Assembly (NCBI RefSeq): GCF_963921235.1
Contig: NC_086101.1
Location: 3,846,001-3,910,000, forward strand
From: Mobula hypostoma
Taxonomy: Eukaryota
Length of the DNA stretch: 64,000 bases
Direction: 5' to 3'
Part shown: positions 38,501 to 49,086 of the stretch, in pieces
Layout: every line of letters begins with the position of its first letter
Position numbering within the stretch: position 1 is the stretch's first letter
Notes under the pieces: model-generated
What the model was told of the DNA's origin: nothing
The model's database searches: none
What the model saw: the letters and a program-made list of their open reading frames with translations, nothing else
Program-made: the position numbers and the translations under genes

Positions 38501-40717
38501 GAAAAAAATGGCACCTTACCTTTGCCCCCTCATAATTTTATATACCTTGACAAGGGGTCACCCCCAAACTCCAGGGAAATAGCCCCAGTTTATCCAGTCT
38601 CTCATTTTAAACCAAGCCCTGCAGTCCTGGTAACATCCTCCTGAATCTTCCTGTCCAGTGTAATGACATCCATCCCACAGTCCGGCAACCAGGAATGCAC
38701 ACAGTACTCCGAGTGTGGTCTACCATCGATGTCAACGGCCTTGGTGAAGTTCATGTGGACAATGTCAATCACCCTGTCCTGGTCAATCCTTTCTGTCACC
38801 TCTTCAAGAATCTCAGTCAAATTTGTGAGATGTGATTTTGCGAGCACAATGTCATCCTCACCTTTCCGGATGCTGCTCTATCCCGTCTCTCAGAAACTTT
38901 CCAACCACTGATGTTAGCCTCAGTGTCCTGGAGTTCCCCAGTGTCATCTTCCAGCCCTATTAATTAAATGGACAACCTCAGCCGCTATCCAATCATCTGG
39001 GACATCAGCTGTGGCTAAACGTGAAGCAAATAAATCTGCCAGGGTCCCTGTAATTTCATCCCCTATCCTAATGAGTGTCTGAGGGGGTTGGGGTTACAGA
39101 AAGAGGCAAAGAGACCCTCACAACCCATCTTCATCCCCCAACACTTTCTAGTTGCCCCGAAACACACAGTTCAGCCACAGGCTTTCCACCCCTCCCCCAC
39201 CTGGTTCTGGTTCTATCTGTCATTCATCTCTCCCCCAATGGTTCCCATTATCAGCTCACACTCCCCACCCTCCCCCAAAACTTCACTCCATCTTCCACTC
39301 ACCGTTTTGTCTCTGTGTCTGTCTTTGTCTATCATTCACTTCCCAATGTCTCCCAGCTCCAGCTCACATCCTTACCCCGCCCTACCTGGGGCAACCTGCT
39401 CATCATCCTTCACCCCTCCTCAGTCCACAGTCACCTCAGACTCGTCTCATCCTTCACCCCTCCTCAGTCACATTACATCCTTACTTTACAAGGACATCTA
39501 AGTCCCTTTGCACCTCAGTTTTCTGTATTTTCTCTCCATGAGAATCAGAGAGAGACGGGGTGAGTGGTTTTCTTTATCGGTCAGAATACTGAGTACAGGA
39601 GCTGGGACTTCCTGTTACAAGACCTTGGTGCTGCCACGTTTGGAGCAGTGTGTACTGTTCTGGTTACCTTGCTACAGGAGGGATGTCATTCAACTGGAGA
39701 GGGTGCAAAACAGGTTTACAAGGACGTGACTGGGACTGGAGAGCTTGGGTTAAGAGCAGAGGCAGGACAGGCTGGGACTTTCTCCCTGAAGCCGAGGAGA
39801 CTGTAGAGGTGGGTGCAGTTTTAAAATACATCTTGTCAGGTACCTGGATAAGAAAGGTGTGAAGGTAGAATGGGAAAATGCAACTAGTTCTTTAAAGCAA
39901 GTTGGGCTGAAGAGTTTCTCTGACCGTCTCTTTAAGTCCCTGCTGTATTCACTTTGTGCGTGTTGTTCGGGGAAAAATCCGCTCTCCATCCCGGAGGAGA
40001 AACCTCGGGAAGATGCTGGTTGTCCATTCGCTGTGTTTTGTTTAAACCCGATGAAAGGGTCCGGTCGGCCACCCGACTGAGCCTGAGGCCCAGCGGCCTC
40101 TCCCCCGGTCCGGTCCCGGGGCCGCGCTGCCCGAGTCTCCCCGCGATCCCCGGGGACTCTCTAATTCTCTGCTTCTCCCCCCAGTCTCTGTCACCCTGGA
40201 TGTGGAAACGGCGAGTCCGTGGCTCGAGGTGTCTGAGGATCGGAAGAGTGTGAGATACACCGGGACCCGGAGGGATCTCCCTGACACCGGGAAGAGGTTC
40301 ACACACTGGGCTTGTGTGCTGGGATCGGAGGGATTCACATCGGGGAGACATTACTGGGAGGTGGAGGTGACGGGGAGTCGGTGCTGGTGCCCGGGAGTCG
40401 CCGCAGAGTCTGTGGAGAGGAAGAGATGGGTCACACCGAGTCCGGAGACCGGATTCTGGATCATCCGGCGGGTTAATGACGAGATGTGGGTTCACACCTC
40501 CCCAGAGTCCCGTCTCCCTGCCGGTCCCATCCCTGGGAGGGTGGGAGTTTATCTCCGTTACCAGTCCGGGACAGTTTCATTTTACAACGCGGAGACCAAG
40601 TCCCATCTCCACACCTTCACTGGGAATAAATTCATGGGGAAACGTTATCCTTTCTTCTGGACTGGGAATAAAAACGAGTGTCTGAGAATCTGCTCCGGTT
40701 CCGCTCCGGGTCTGTAA
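23170..40717 (+). CDS. Tripartite-motif E3 ligase, class IV (RING, B-box2, coiled-coil, PRY/SPRY), of the A33 / nuclear factor 7 / TRIM39 / TRIM27-like type; spliced CDS join(23170..23580,23721..23816,24206..24439,32053..32075,32172..32290,40185..40717), 471 aa
   Basis: C3HC4 RING (CPIC...CGHNFCRSC...CPEC), B-box2 (CEKH...LFC...CLVC...HREH), heptad-rich coiled-coil exons and a PRY/SPRY exon (VTLDVETA...[10 protein letters not shown]...VGVYL...VSFYN...YPFF). Exon sizes 411/96/234/23/119/533 sum to 1416 nt, all introns are GT-AG, the frame is open to TAA at 40715-40717, and the 96/~231/23 exon pattern is typical of this TRIM class. Confidence 0.93.
23721..23816 (+). CDS. TRIM coding exon 2 (96 bp, coiled-coil)
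   Basis: Acceptor ctctctgccttccag|, donor |gtgagg; encodes [32 protein letters not shown]. Confidence 0.93.
24206..24439 (+). CDS. TRIM coding exon 3 (234 bp, coiled-coil)
   Basis: Acceptor tcctttcattaacag|, donor |gtgaga; encodes [36 protein letters not shown]...QEHITFLM. Not in the ORF track. Confidence 0.92.
24790..25500 (-). mobile_element. Rex1/Babar LINE 3' end in TRIM intron 3
   Basis: LRKLKKFGL...[17 protein letters not shown]...[18 protein letters not shown]...NSFF; short tandem tail near 24790-24807. Confidence 0.85.
25510..27066 (-). mobile_element. Tc1-family DNA transposon with long IR/DR-type TIRs and a frameshifted transposase
   Basis: Ends CAGCGCCTATGAAAAGTATTCACC and GGTGAACACTTTTTACAGGCACTG|TA; inverted homology extends ~160-210 bp; motifs [19 protein letters not shown] and [15 protein letters not shown]. 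Confidence 0.92.
27248..31260 (-). mobile_element. Degraded near full-length CR1 LINE in TRIM intron 3
   Basis: ORF1 remnants ([36 protein letters not shown]), APE (VAITETWL), RT C-terminus (VRPHLEYC), and tail cataagaacataagaa. Confidence 0.88.
32053..32075 (+). CDS. TRIM coding exon 4 (23 bp micro-exon)
   Basis: tttatttatttcag|GAGGAAGCTCGTCGGAAGAGGAG|gtagg; encodes EEARRKR(R); a 23-bp exon is characteristic of class IV TRIMs. Confidence 0.88.
32172..32290 (+). CDS. TRIM coding exon 5 (119 bp linker)
   Basis: tttacag|GATTAGT...AAGCGAG|gtaaac; open frame [39 protein letters not shown]; its phase-1 end matches the last exon. Confidence 0.87.
34830..35890 (+). mobile_element. Young 5'-truncated CR1 (RT C-terminal half, 320-aa open frame) in TRIM intron 5
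   Basis: ORF 34849..35811 with [10 protein letters not shown] and FADDT; tail tattctatgttctatg; same subfamily as 13883-14890. Confidence 0.93.
36030..37980 (+). mobile_element. Nested degraded CR1 fragments
   Basis: APE start (LYLNARG..NKVDDL), CR1 3' ends and [17 protein letters not shown] motifs. Confidence 0.75.
38060..38335 (+). mobile_element. HE1/V-SINE-like tRNA-derived SINE (related fragments at ~23885-24150, 41775-41910, 45890-46010)
   Basis: A box TAGCGTAGTGG, B box AGTTCAATTCC, then the V-domain-like GGAGTTTGTACTTTCTCCC...GGGTTTCCTCC...GGTTTCCTCCCACAGTCCA. Confidence 0.8.
40185..40717 (+). CDS. TRIM terminal coding exon (PRY/SPRY, B30.2)
   Basis: Acceptor ttctctgcttctccccccag|; in frame with the ORF-track entry 40202..40717; B30.2 signature motifs present. 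Confidence 0.95.
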
Positions 40718-40781
40718 ACGGGTCGGGACCCGGGACCGGCGTCAGGAGTAGTCAGTGTAAATATAAATGTACGGAGAGTGA

Positions 40782-40787
40782 AATAAA
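40782..40787 (+). terminator. Candidate polyadenylation signal of the TRIM gene
   Basis: AATAAA about 65 nt after the stop codon. Confidence 0.55.
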
Positions 40788-41084
40788 CACGATGTGAGAA
40801 TTATCGATCCATTAATTTTAACTCGTTCACCGCATCCGTCAACGGGACAGAAACACCGCGGATTCAGCAGCAGCCGCGGGCGGCGGGTCCGGAGCTCCCC
40901 GGCTCCCCCGGGTGCTAAAGTCCACCCGCACCGGGACAGGTGAAGTGTGGAAATGTGTCAGAAGCTGGGAGAAGAGGTGGCAGTGATAAAGATGATGGGC
41001 AGATGGAGAGGGTGGGTGAGGAGGGTAAAATGCTGGAAGCATTCAACCGGTCAGTCACAATCCATGGAGTTCGTATTTCTCACC

Positions 41085-41730
41085 AATTATCTCTCCCGAA
41101 ATCTCCACCTATCACCTGTCACTTTGTCCTTCTTCCTCCCCTCCCCTCACCTTCTTAGCCTGACGTTTCCTCTTCCTTTCCTATCCTGATGAAGAGTCTC
41201 AGCCTGAAACATCGACTGTTTACACTTCTCCATAGGCGCTGCCTGACCTGCTGAGTTCCTCCAGCATTTTGTGTGTGTTGCTCTGGATTTCCAGCATCAG
41301 CAGAATTTCTAGTGTTTTTGATTCAAACCCTGCCCGACCTGTGGATTTCTGATATTTTCTGTTTTTGGGTTGGTTTCTTGAGCATCTCGCAGGAGATTCT
41401 GCAATGAGAAGCTAAACTGAAATAGGTGATCTCTGAGAAATCGTGCATTTTGAGCTGGTGAAGTGAGAGTGCTGTACGAAGCAGTCCCTCCATCTACGTT
41501 GGGCTTTACCGATGTCTCGGAGGCCGCCCGGATACACTGGATGAGACTGACAGACTCACAGGTGAAGTGTCCCTCACATTTGGGCCCTGAATGGTGGTGA
41601 GGGAGGAGGTGTAGACTTGTCCCACTCACAGGAGTAAGTGCCGGGTGGGAGATCACTGGAGAGTGAGGAGTGGAAAAGGGAGTCGAATGGAGAGCGATCC
41701 CTACGGAAAGAGGTGGAAAATATCTCGACG
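41085..41730. mobile_element. Degraded Penelope-like fragments in both orientations
   Basis: Plus-strand tail with CTGATGA...GAAACATCGACT (41186-41217); minus-strand HFTCES..LIQCIR GIY-YIG remnant. Confidence 0.7.
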
Positions 41731-41980
41731 GGAATCTGATGTTCCGCTGTAGCGCAAACATTTATGGTGGTTGGTCGGCACGGCAGCAAAGTGGTTGGTG
41801 GAATCGCTTTATATCACCTGCGATCACTGATCAGAGTTCGATTCCCGACACTGCCTGTCAGGAGTTTGTACGTTCTTCCCGTCACCGTGTAGATTTCCTC
41901 CCATTGGATTATGGGCAGATTCCGATGTTTGGTGCGTTCAACAGCTTGGGATCACCGATGGGAACAGAAGCACAATGCAG

Positions 41981-41982
<2 letters not shown>

Positions 41983-42043
<61 letters not shown>
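41983..42043 (+). repeat. (GA)n microsatellite
   Basis: Perfect GA run of about 60 bp. Confidence 0.97.
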
Positions 42044-42046
<3 letters not shown>

Positions 42047-43263
42047 TAACTCCAGAAGCCACCTGCCTGAAGAACAGGGATATCACTGTGGATACTGGGA
42101 GGGGACGGGGCGAGGGGTGACCAAGCAGTCCAGTCGAAGGTGACAGCGGTCAGGTCTCTGGCACTGAGTCTGGCTCTGTGACTCCGAAGGGAAGGAGGGG
42201 AGGAATGGTGAGCTGTGGTGATGGGGATTCATTAGTTCGGGGAACAGAAAGGACGTTCCGTGCACAAGAACAACATTCCCGGATGGTGCGTGTCCTCCCA
42301 GGTCCCAGGGCACGGAAATCTCAGCTTGAGTCCTGAGGGTTGTTAAGTGGGAGGGTGAACAGGCAGACATCGTCTGGTCAGGGACAGTGAGGGAAACTGG
42401 TCCAGGAACCCAATGGCTGCAGGCCGTAGACATGGTGAGTTCAGTGCTGAGGAGAGTGTCGATGGTTGTAACTCGTTACAGACAGCGGCAGGAATTTAAC
42501 CCAGGTCACTGACACTGTAAAGCATTAACACTAACCACCATGCTCCCATGCCCCCCGTACTAAAATCATTCTATGTTCTAAGATCAGCTCGTTGGGAGGA
42601 TTCAGAGGGTGATAGTGGAGGTTTGTGTTTCAGACTAGAAGCCTGTGACCTGTGAAACCTGTACCACAGAGATCAGTTCCGGGTCACTGTTGTTACTCGT
42701 GTCCTATATATTAATGATGAGAGTGAGAATGCAGATCGCCTGGTTAGTGAGTTTGCAGATGACACCAAATCAGCTGCACATCATCAATTAGTGTGAGAGT
42801 TGATACTGAAGTTCAAAGCCCAAAAGGTCTTTGGGAAGTCCGGAAGTTGCCACTGGATGACCAACTCCTGGACAGGAGGCCCAGTGGCCTGTCCCGTAGT
42901 TGTAGCACTTTGCGTGTGAGAGGGTGAATAGGAGAGCAGCAAGGGGCTTGTTTTGCTATTGATGTTTGTTGTGTAGTGTTGTCTTTGTGGTCTGTGTAGC
43001 TTTACTGAACATTGTGAACATGCAAATGCTATGTTGGTGCTGGAATGTGTGGTGACACTTGCGGACTGTCCCCAGCACATCCTGGGGTTGTGTTGGTTGT
43101 TAATACGAACAATGGATTTCACTATATGTTGTCTTGTAAATGTGATAAATAAATCTCAATCTGAATCTGAAAAAAATCTTCAGATCTCAGTCTGAAACAG
43201 CGACTCTTTATTCCTCACCATGGATGCTGCCTGACCTGCTGAATTCCTCCAGCATTTTGTGTG

Positions 43264-44030
43264 CAAACAACAGGAATTCTGCAGATGCTGGAAATTCAAG
43301 CAACACACATCAAAGTTGCTGGTGAACACAGCAGGCCAGGCAGCATCTCTAGGAAGAGGTACAGTCGACGTTTCAGGCCGAGACCCTTCGTCAGGACTAA
43401 CTGATGGACGAGTTAGTAAGAGATGTGAAAGTGGGAGGGGGAGGGGGATATCCAAAAAGTTAGGAGAAGACAGGAGGGGGAGGGATGGAGCCAAGAGCTG
43501 GACAGGTGATTGGCAAAGGGGATATGAGAGGATCGTGGGACAGGAGGTCCGGGGAGAAAGACAAGGGTGGGGGTGAAAACCCAGAGGATGGGCAAGGGGT
43601 ATAGTCAGAAGGACAGAGGGAGAAAAAGTAGAGTGAGAGAAAGAATGTGTGTATAAAAATAAGTAACAGATGGGGTACGAGGGGGAGGTGGGGCATTAGC
43701 GGAAGTTAGAGAAGTCGATGTTCATGCCATCAGGTTGGAGGCTACCCAGACGGAATATAAGGTGTTGTTCCTCCAACCTGAGTGTGGCCTCAATTTTACA
43801 GTAGAGGAGGCCGTGGATAGACATGTCAGAATGGGAATGGGATGTGGAATTAAAATGTGTGGCCACTGGGAGATCCTGCTTTCTCTGGTGGACAGAACGT
43901 AGGTGTTCAGCAAAGCGATCTCCCAGTCTGCGTCGGGTCTCGCCAATATATAGAAGGCCGCATCGGGAGCACCGGACACAGTATATCACCCCAGCCGACT
44001 CACAGGTGAAGTGTCACCTCACCTGGAAGG
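43264..44030 (-). mobile_element. Penelope-like element 3' part with an open GIY-YIG C-terminus and hammerhead-containing terminal repeat
   Basis: ORF 43696..43989 IYCVRCSRCGLLYIGETRRRLGDRFAEH...GMNIDFSNFR; abuts tail-to-tail another PLE tail at 43181-43263. Confidence 0.9.
43363..43398 (-). ncRNA. Minimal type I hammerhead ribozyme motif
   Basis: Reverse complement of AGTCGACGTTTCAGGCCGAGACCCTTCGTCAGGACT; intact core. Confidence 0.8.
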
Positions 44031-44193
44031 AGTGTGTTGCTCTGCCCGCCGCACCGTACACCACCAGGGCAAATATCCTCTCAGTATTTAATCTGTCAGG
44101 TCAACACGTGGGTCTATAACGGAACATAAAATGACACATATTTCCATAAATAAGGTAATACAAATATAATTAAAATGTGCGTAGGCAGTGGAG

Positions 44194-44683
44194 AAACATA
44201 GAAACATAGAAAATAGGTGCAGGAGTAGGCCATTCGGCCCTTCGAGCCTGCACCGCCATTTATTATGATCATGGCTGATCATCCAACTCAGAACCCTGCA
44301 CCAGCCTTCCCTCCATACCCCCTGATCCCCGTAGCCACAAGGGCCATATCTAACTCCCTCTTAAATATAGCCAATGAACTGGCCTCAACAGTTTCCTGTG
44401 GCAGAGAATTCCACAGATTCACCACTCTCTGTGTGAAGAAGTTTTTCCTAATCTCGGTCCTAAAAGGCTTCCCCTTTATCCTCAAACTGTGACCCCTCGT
44501 TCTGAACTTCCCCAACATCGGGAACAATCTTCCTGCATCTAGCCTGTCCAATCCCTTTAGGATTTTATACGTTTCAATCAGATCCCCTCTCAATCTTCTA
44601 AATTCCAACGAGTACAAGCCCAGTTCATCCAGTCTTTCTTCATATGAAAGTCCTGCCATCCCACGAATCAATCTGGTGAACCG
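44194..44683 (-). mobile_element. 5'-truncated CR1 3' end
   Basis: [30 protein letters not shown]...FFTQRVVNLWNSLP; tail aaacatagaaacatagaaa. Confidence 0.92.
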
Positions 44684-45658
44684 GAGGCACAGGAGTTGGT
44701 GGAATGCTCACCTTCCTCTCACTTCTGCTTTAACCATTCCTACCCATCTCTAATTATGTCCCGTTCCTCCTCCAGTTAAATCCTCATTCCCAAATCCCAG
44801 CAGAAGCTTCACCGGTTCACTGATCCATTGGAGAGACTAATGGCGGGAGAGCTGCATTGCATTGGTTACGGGAAGGTCTAGGCCGAGGCCGAGGCTGCGG
44901 GCTGGCCTGTGGCAGTCGCTCAGGGGAGGAGACGCTGAGGCGGTGCTGCCCTCCTGTGTTTGCTCATTTCTGTCCTACCCTGTGGTGTTCACTTGTGCTG
45001 CCCTCCGGCCAGAGAGGGAACCGTCTCCGGCTTCTCCTGCTAAGCAAGTGTTGATCCAATTTCCTACTTCATCCTGAATGACTTCTAATTAAACTGTGGA
45101 TCTATTATCCCGTTGGCCCTTGTTTCTCCATCTGAATTCAGCCTCTATTATCTCACTGACGTCCAATTTCAACCATATTACATCTCCATAAAGCAGCTTT
45201 CAAATACTTCCTTGCAACACTTTTGATTTCTTTGGGCCAAACATTTTTTATTGCAGTCTCCCGTCAGTCAGATCGTTGAGAACAAGCCAAGGTTACATAT
45301 CAACTAACACATAATGCACAATCAAAACTCGGTTAACAAGGAAATTTGGGAAACCTTTAAGATGAATTACCCTCTCTGGTCGGGTCAGCCATGATGTTCA
45401 AACATTCAAAGTAAAAGAATTATCGAAGTCTGTCTGTGTCACCAGATTCTATCCTGACCTGAGATTTATTTTCTTGCGGGCATTCACTGTAAGTACACAG
45501 AAACACAATAGAATGAAAATCCACACAAAGACTGGTAAACAACCAATTCATTGTGAGAATAATAAATGAATAAATAAATAATCCTGAGAGCATGAGTTGT
45601 GGAGTCATTGATATGAGTCCAGACTTGTGGAATCGGTTCAGCGCCGAGGCGAGTTCAT

Positions 45659-45763
45659 TGCATTGCCGTTTGTAACCAGACGGTGGCGATAGCGAGCAGC
45701 CCAACGATCTGTGCAGATTCACGGTGCAGGATCGCCACCTGCTGCTGGAAACCGGTACCGCAG
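45659..45763. promoter_or_regulatory. Two convergent candidate CTCF sites
   Basis: Plus strand TGCATTGCC-N8-CCAGACGGTGGCGA (45659-45689); minus strand CTGCGGTACC-N8-GCAGCAGGTGGCGAT (45731-45763). Confidence 0.58.
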
Positions 45764-46049
45764 GAAGACTAGGAACACAATGTTGCAGGTGGGAGATTGT
45801 GCAGTGTGACGGTGGAAATGGGATTCGCGTAGAGAGAAATCCCTACAGGAAACTGATGTTCTGCTATTGTGTGAACATTTATGGTAGTTGGGCACTGCAA
45901 CCTGGCGGTAGTGCAATCGCTTTACCAATTGTCTGCAAGGTATTCTTCCCGTTACCGTGGGGGGGTTCCTCTGTGTGCACCGGTTTCCTCCCATATTCCA
46001 ACCACGGATGAGAGACAAGCTCTGTTGTGGCCGACTGCAGATTTTTTAG

Positions 46050-46653
46050 CGGAACTAAACAAAACAAAAGAGGTGGTTGTTGACTTCGGGAGGACATGGA
46101 GGGACCACACTCTGCTGAACATCGACGACTCCTCCGTAGAGAGCGTTAAGAGCACCAAATTTCTTGGTGTTCACTTGGCGGAGAATCTCACCTGGTCCCT
46201 CAACACCAGCTCCATAGCAAAGAAAGCCCAGCAGCGTCTCTACTTTCTGCGAAGGCTGAGAAAAGTCCATCTCCCACCCTCAATCCTCACCACATTCTAC
46301 AGAGGACCGAAGCATTCAGGCTGTCATGACCAGACTATGTAACAGTTTCTTCCCCCAAGCCATCAGACTCCTCAATACCCAGAGCCTGGACTGACACCAA
46401 CCTACTGCCCGCTACTGTGCATATTGTCTTGTTTATTATTTATTGTAATGCCTGCACTGTTTTGTGCACTTTATGCAGTCTTGGGTAGATCTGTAGTCGA
46501 GTGTAGTTTTGTGTTGTTTTACATAGTTCAGTGTAGTTTTTGTATTGTTCATGTAGCACCATGTTCCTGAAAAACGTCTCATTTTTACTGTGTACTGTAC
46601 CAGCAGTTATGGTCGAAATGACAATAAAAAGTGACTTGACTTGACTTGACTTG
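46050..46653 (+). mobile_element. Rex1/Babar LINE 3' end
   Basis: KTKEVVVDF...KFLGVHL...KKAQQRLYFLRRL; AATAAA followed by a (TGACT)n tail. Confidence 0.88.
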
Positions 46654-47920
46654 AAAAAACTCAGGGGACTGGGGCCTCAAGCCGCGGGTTCGCTTGCCGT
46701 CAGCCGCTGCGGGGGGGTGGGGTGGAGTCGTTCGAACCATCACTCTCTACTGACGCCGCGTAGTGCATTTGTGGCGACTGAAGATTTAAAATTGACTGAG
46801 TGGTCCGGACTATATAAATATATATTTGTCAGGTTGTGTTTTTACTGATATCTTATATGTGCTTGTATATGCGAGAACTGGGCCTCAAAGCCACGGATTC
46901 GTCTACGAGGAGACGGGCATTGGGGTGAGGACTGAGGCTCAAAGCCATGATGTCGCCTCGCGGGCGTCGGAGGCCAGGTGACAGATGATATCCATAAGAC
47001 CACAAGACAGAGGAGCAGAATTAGGCCATTTAACCCATCGAGTCTGATAGACCAGTCCATCATGACTGATCCCGGATCTCACTCAACCCCACACGCCTGT
47101 CTTCTCCCCATATCCTTTGATGCCCTGACCGATCAAGAAACCATTAATTTCCGCCTTAAATATACCCACGGACTTGGCCTCACACACAGTCTCTGGCAGA
47201 GTATTCCATAGATTCACTACTCTGGCTAAATAAAAAAAAAACATCCTCTTTACATTTATTCTAAAGGGTTACCCCCAATTGTGAGGCTGTGCCCCCAGGT
47301 TCTGGATACCCCCACCATAGGAAGCATCCTCGCAACATCCACTCTATCTCGTTCTTTCAACATTCCGTTGGTTTCAATGAGATTCCCCCCAACCCCGCCA
47401 TCCTCCCCACCTTGCATTCTTCTAAATCCCAGTGAGTACAGGCCTAAAGCTGCAAAACGCTCCTCATATGTTAACAGCTTCATTCCCGGAATCATCCTGG
47501 TGAACCTCCTCTGCACTCTCTCCAATGACAACACATCCTTTCTGAGATAAGGGGCCCAATACGTCAAGTGCAGCCTGACTAGAGTCTTATAAAGGCTCAA
47601 CATTACTCATTGTTTTTATATTCTATTCTCCTTGAAATTAATGTCCACATTGCATTTTCATTCTTTACCACAGATTCAGCCTGTAAAATTAACCTTCTGG
47701 TAGTCTTGCACGTGGACTCCTAGGTCTGTTAGCACCCCTGATGTTTAAATTTTCTCCCCATTTAAATAATAGTCTGCACCTTTTTTTCCTTTTACCAAAA
47801 TGTAGTATCGTACATTTTCCAACACTGTATTCCACCTGCAGATGCTGGGATCAAAGCAACACCTTCTCCTTCCCACCCTCCCGCCACCTCCTTTATAGGG
47901 CCTCTACCCCTTCCCTCTGT

Positions 47921-47956
47921 AGTCCTGACGAAGGGTTCCGGCCCGAAACGTCGACC
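47921..47956 (+). ncRNA. Minimal type I hammerhead ribozyme motif (variant stem II)
   Basis: AGTC CTGACGA AGGGTTCCGGCCC GAAAC GTC GACC; core intact, stem II GGGU/GCCC. Confidence 0.78.
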
Positions 47957-48191
47957 GATCTTTTCCACGGTTACTGCCTGACCTGCTGAGTTCCTCCAGC
48001 GTGTTGTGAGTGTATTCCATCTGCCATTTTTCTGCCATTTGTCTTAAATCCTGCTGCAAACGAATTGCTTTCTCAGCACTACCTACCCCTCCACCTATCT
48101 TTGTATCGTCTGTAAATTTTGCCACAAGGCCATTAATTCTATCATCTAAATCGCTGACAATGCGACAAGTAGCGGTCCCAATACTGACCCC

Positions 48192-48357
48192 TGTTACGAA
48201 CCCACAGGTTTCGTTTACTGTGGACTGTCACTTTAAGAGCGCCTGAGTGAGGCGGGACTATGACGTCAGTCACAGGCTGCTGCGAACTTAAATCACAAAC
48301 AGAGAGAGAGAGAGAGAGATAGAGAGAGAGAGAGGGAGAGAGAGAGACAGAGACAGA

Positions 48358-48391
<34 letters not shown>

Positions 48392-48428
48392 CAGAGAGAG
48401 AGAGACAGAGAGACAGAGAGAGAGAGAC

Positions 48429-48476
<48 letters not shown>

Positions 48477-49086
48477 GGGAAGCCGGTAGCTTCAGCTTGT
48501 CACAGCTGGGGCTTGGAACTCTCTTGTGCCCACAAGGGTGGGTTAAACATCGGCACGGAGTGCATACCAAATGTGTGACTGTCACTGTTTGGGGGTATCT
48601 TGTGGGACCACTTTCGTAGCCCTTGCCTGGGTCTGTTGTGTGGTAACCACTGGAAAACGATATTCCCGTGACGGGTCACTTTCGGTGATCATTCGGATGT
48701 GGATTTGGAACGGCAGGACGGACAGGATCTGCGGGGACTGTTATCTCGTTTTACCAACGTGGAATCTGTGGAATACTTCGTACTTACCTTGTCTCTGCGT
48801 TTCACCTTGGATTACAAATATCTCTCTCCCATCATTTATCACGGGGATTACTGAACTTTCCTACTGAACCATCTCAAGACTCTAAACCTTGTTCCACTAA
48901 GCTCAATGGTTCGTGAGTTATATTTACACACATATATACACATAACACTGCTAACTTTTGTTTATCTTAGTTAAGTTACTATATTATAAATAGTTACTAA
49001 TAAAGATAGTGGTTTTCACATCAAAACCGGACTCAGTGTAAAATCCCTTGCTGCTGGTTTGTTTCAAAACGTTACAGTTCGTAACA
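48192..49086 (+). mobile_element. Solo LTR (Gypsy-like), 895 bp
   Basis: TG...CA ends with a perfect 10-bp inverted repeat TGTTACGAAC/GTTCGTAACA, a CCCC target duplication, AATAAA at 48999-49004 and an internal (AG)n tract. Confidence 0.85.
48300..48472 (+). repeat. Compound (AG)n/(AGAC) microsatellite inside the solo LTR
   Basis: Seen directly in the sequence. Confidence 0.97.

Larger units (their letters stand above)
40060..40940. other. CpG-rich island spanning the PRY/SPRY exon and its flanks
   Basis: Dense CpG and CCGG content in the intron end, exon and 3' flank compared with the surrounding DNA. Confidence 0.7.

Noticed and set aside
39075..39563. Overlapping Pro/Ser/His-rich ORFs in all three plus frames
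   Set aside because: Low-complexity C/T-rich sequence lacking stops by composition; no splice phase fit to the TRIM gene.
41670..42143. ORFs with ER/RE or LS runs (also 48142-48585)
   Set aside because: Translation of (GA)n microsatellites.
46665..46950. Three spaced copies of an ACTG(G/A)GG(C)CTCAA(A)GCC motif, superficially CRISPR-like
   Set aside because: Irregular spacing, degenerate copies and a vertebrate context; more likely internal repeats of a decayed TE.
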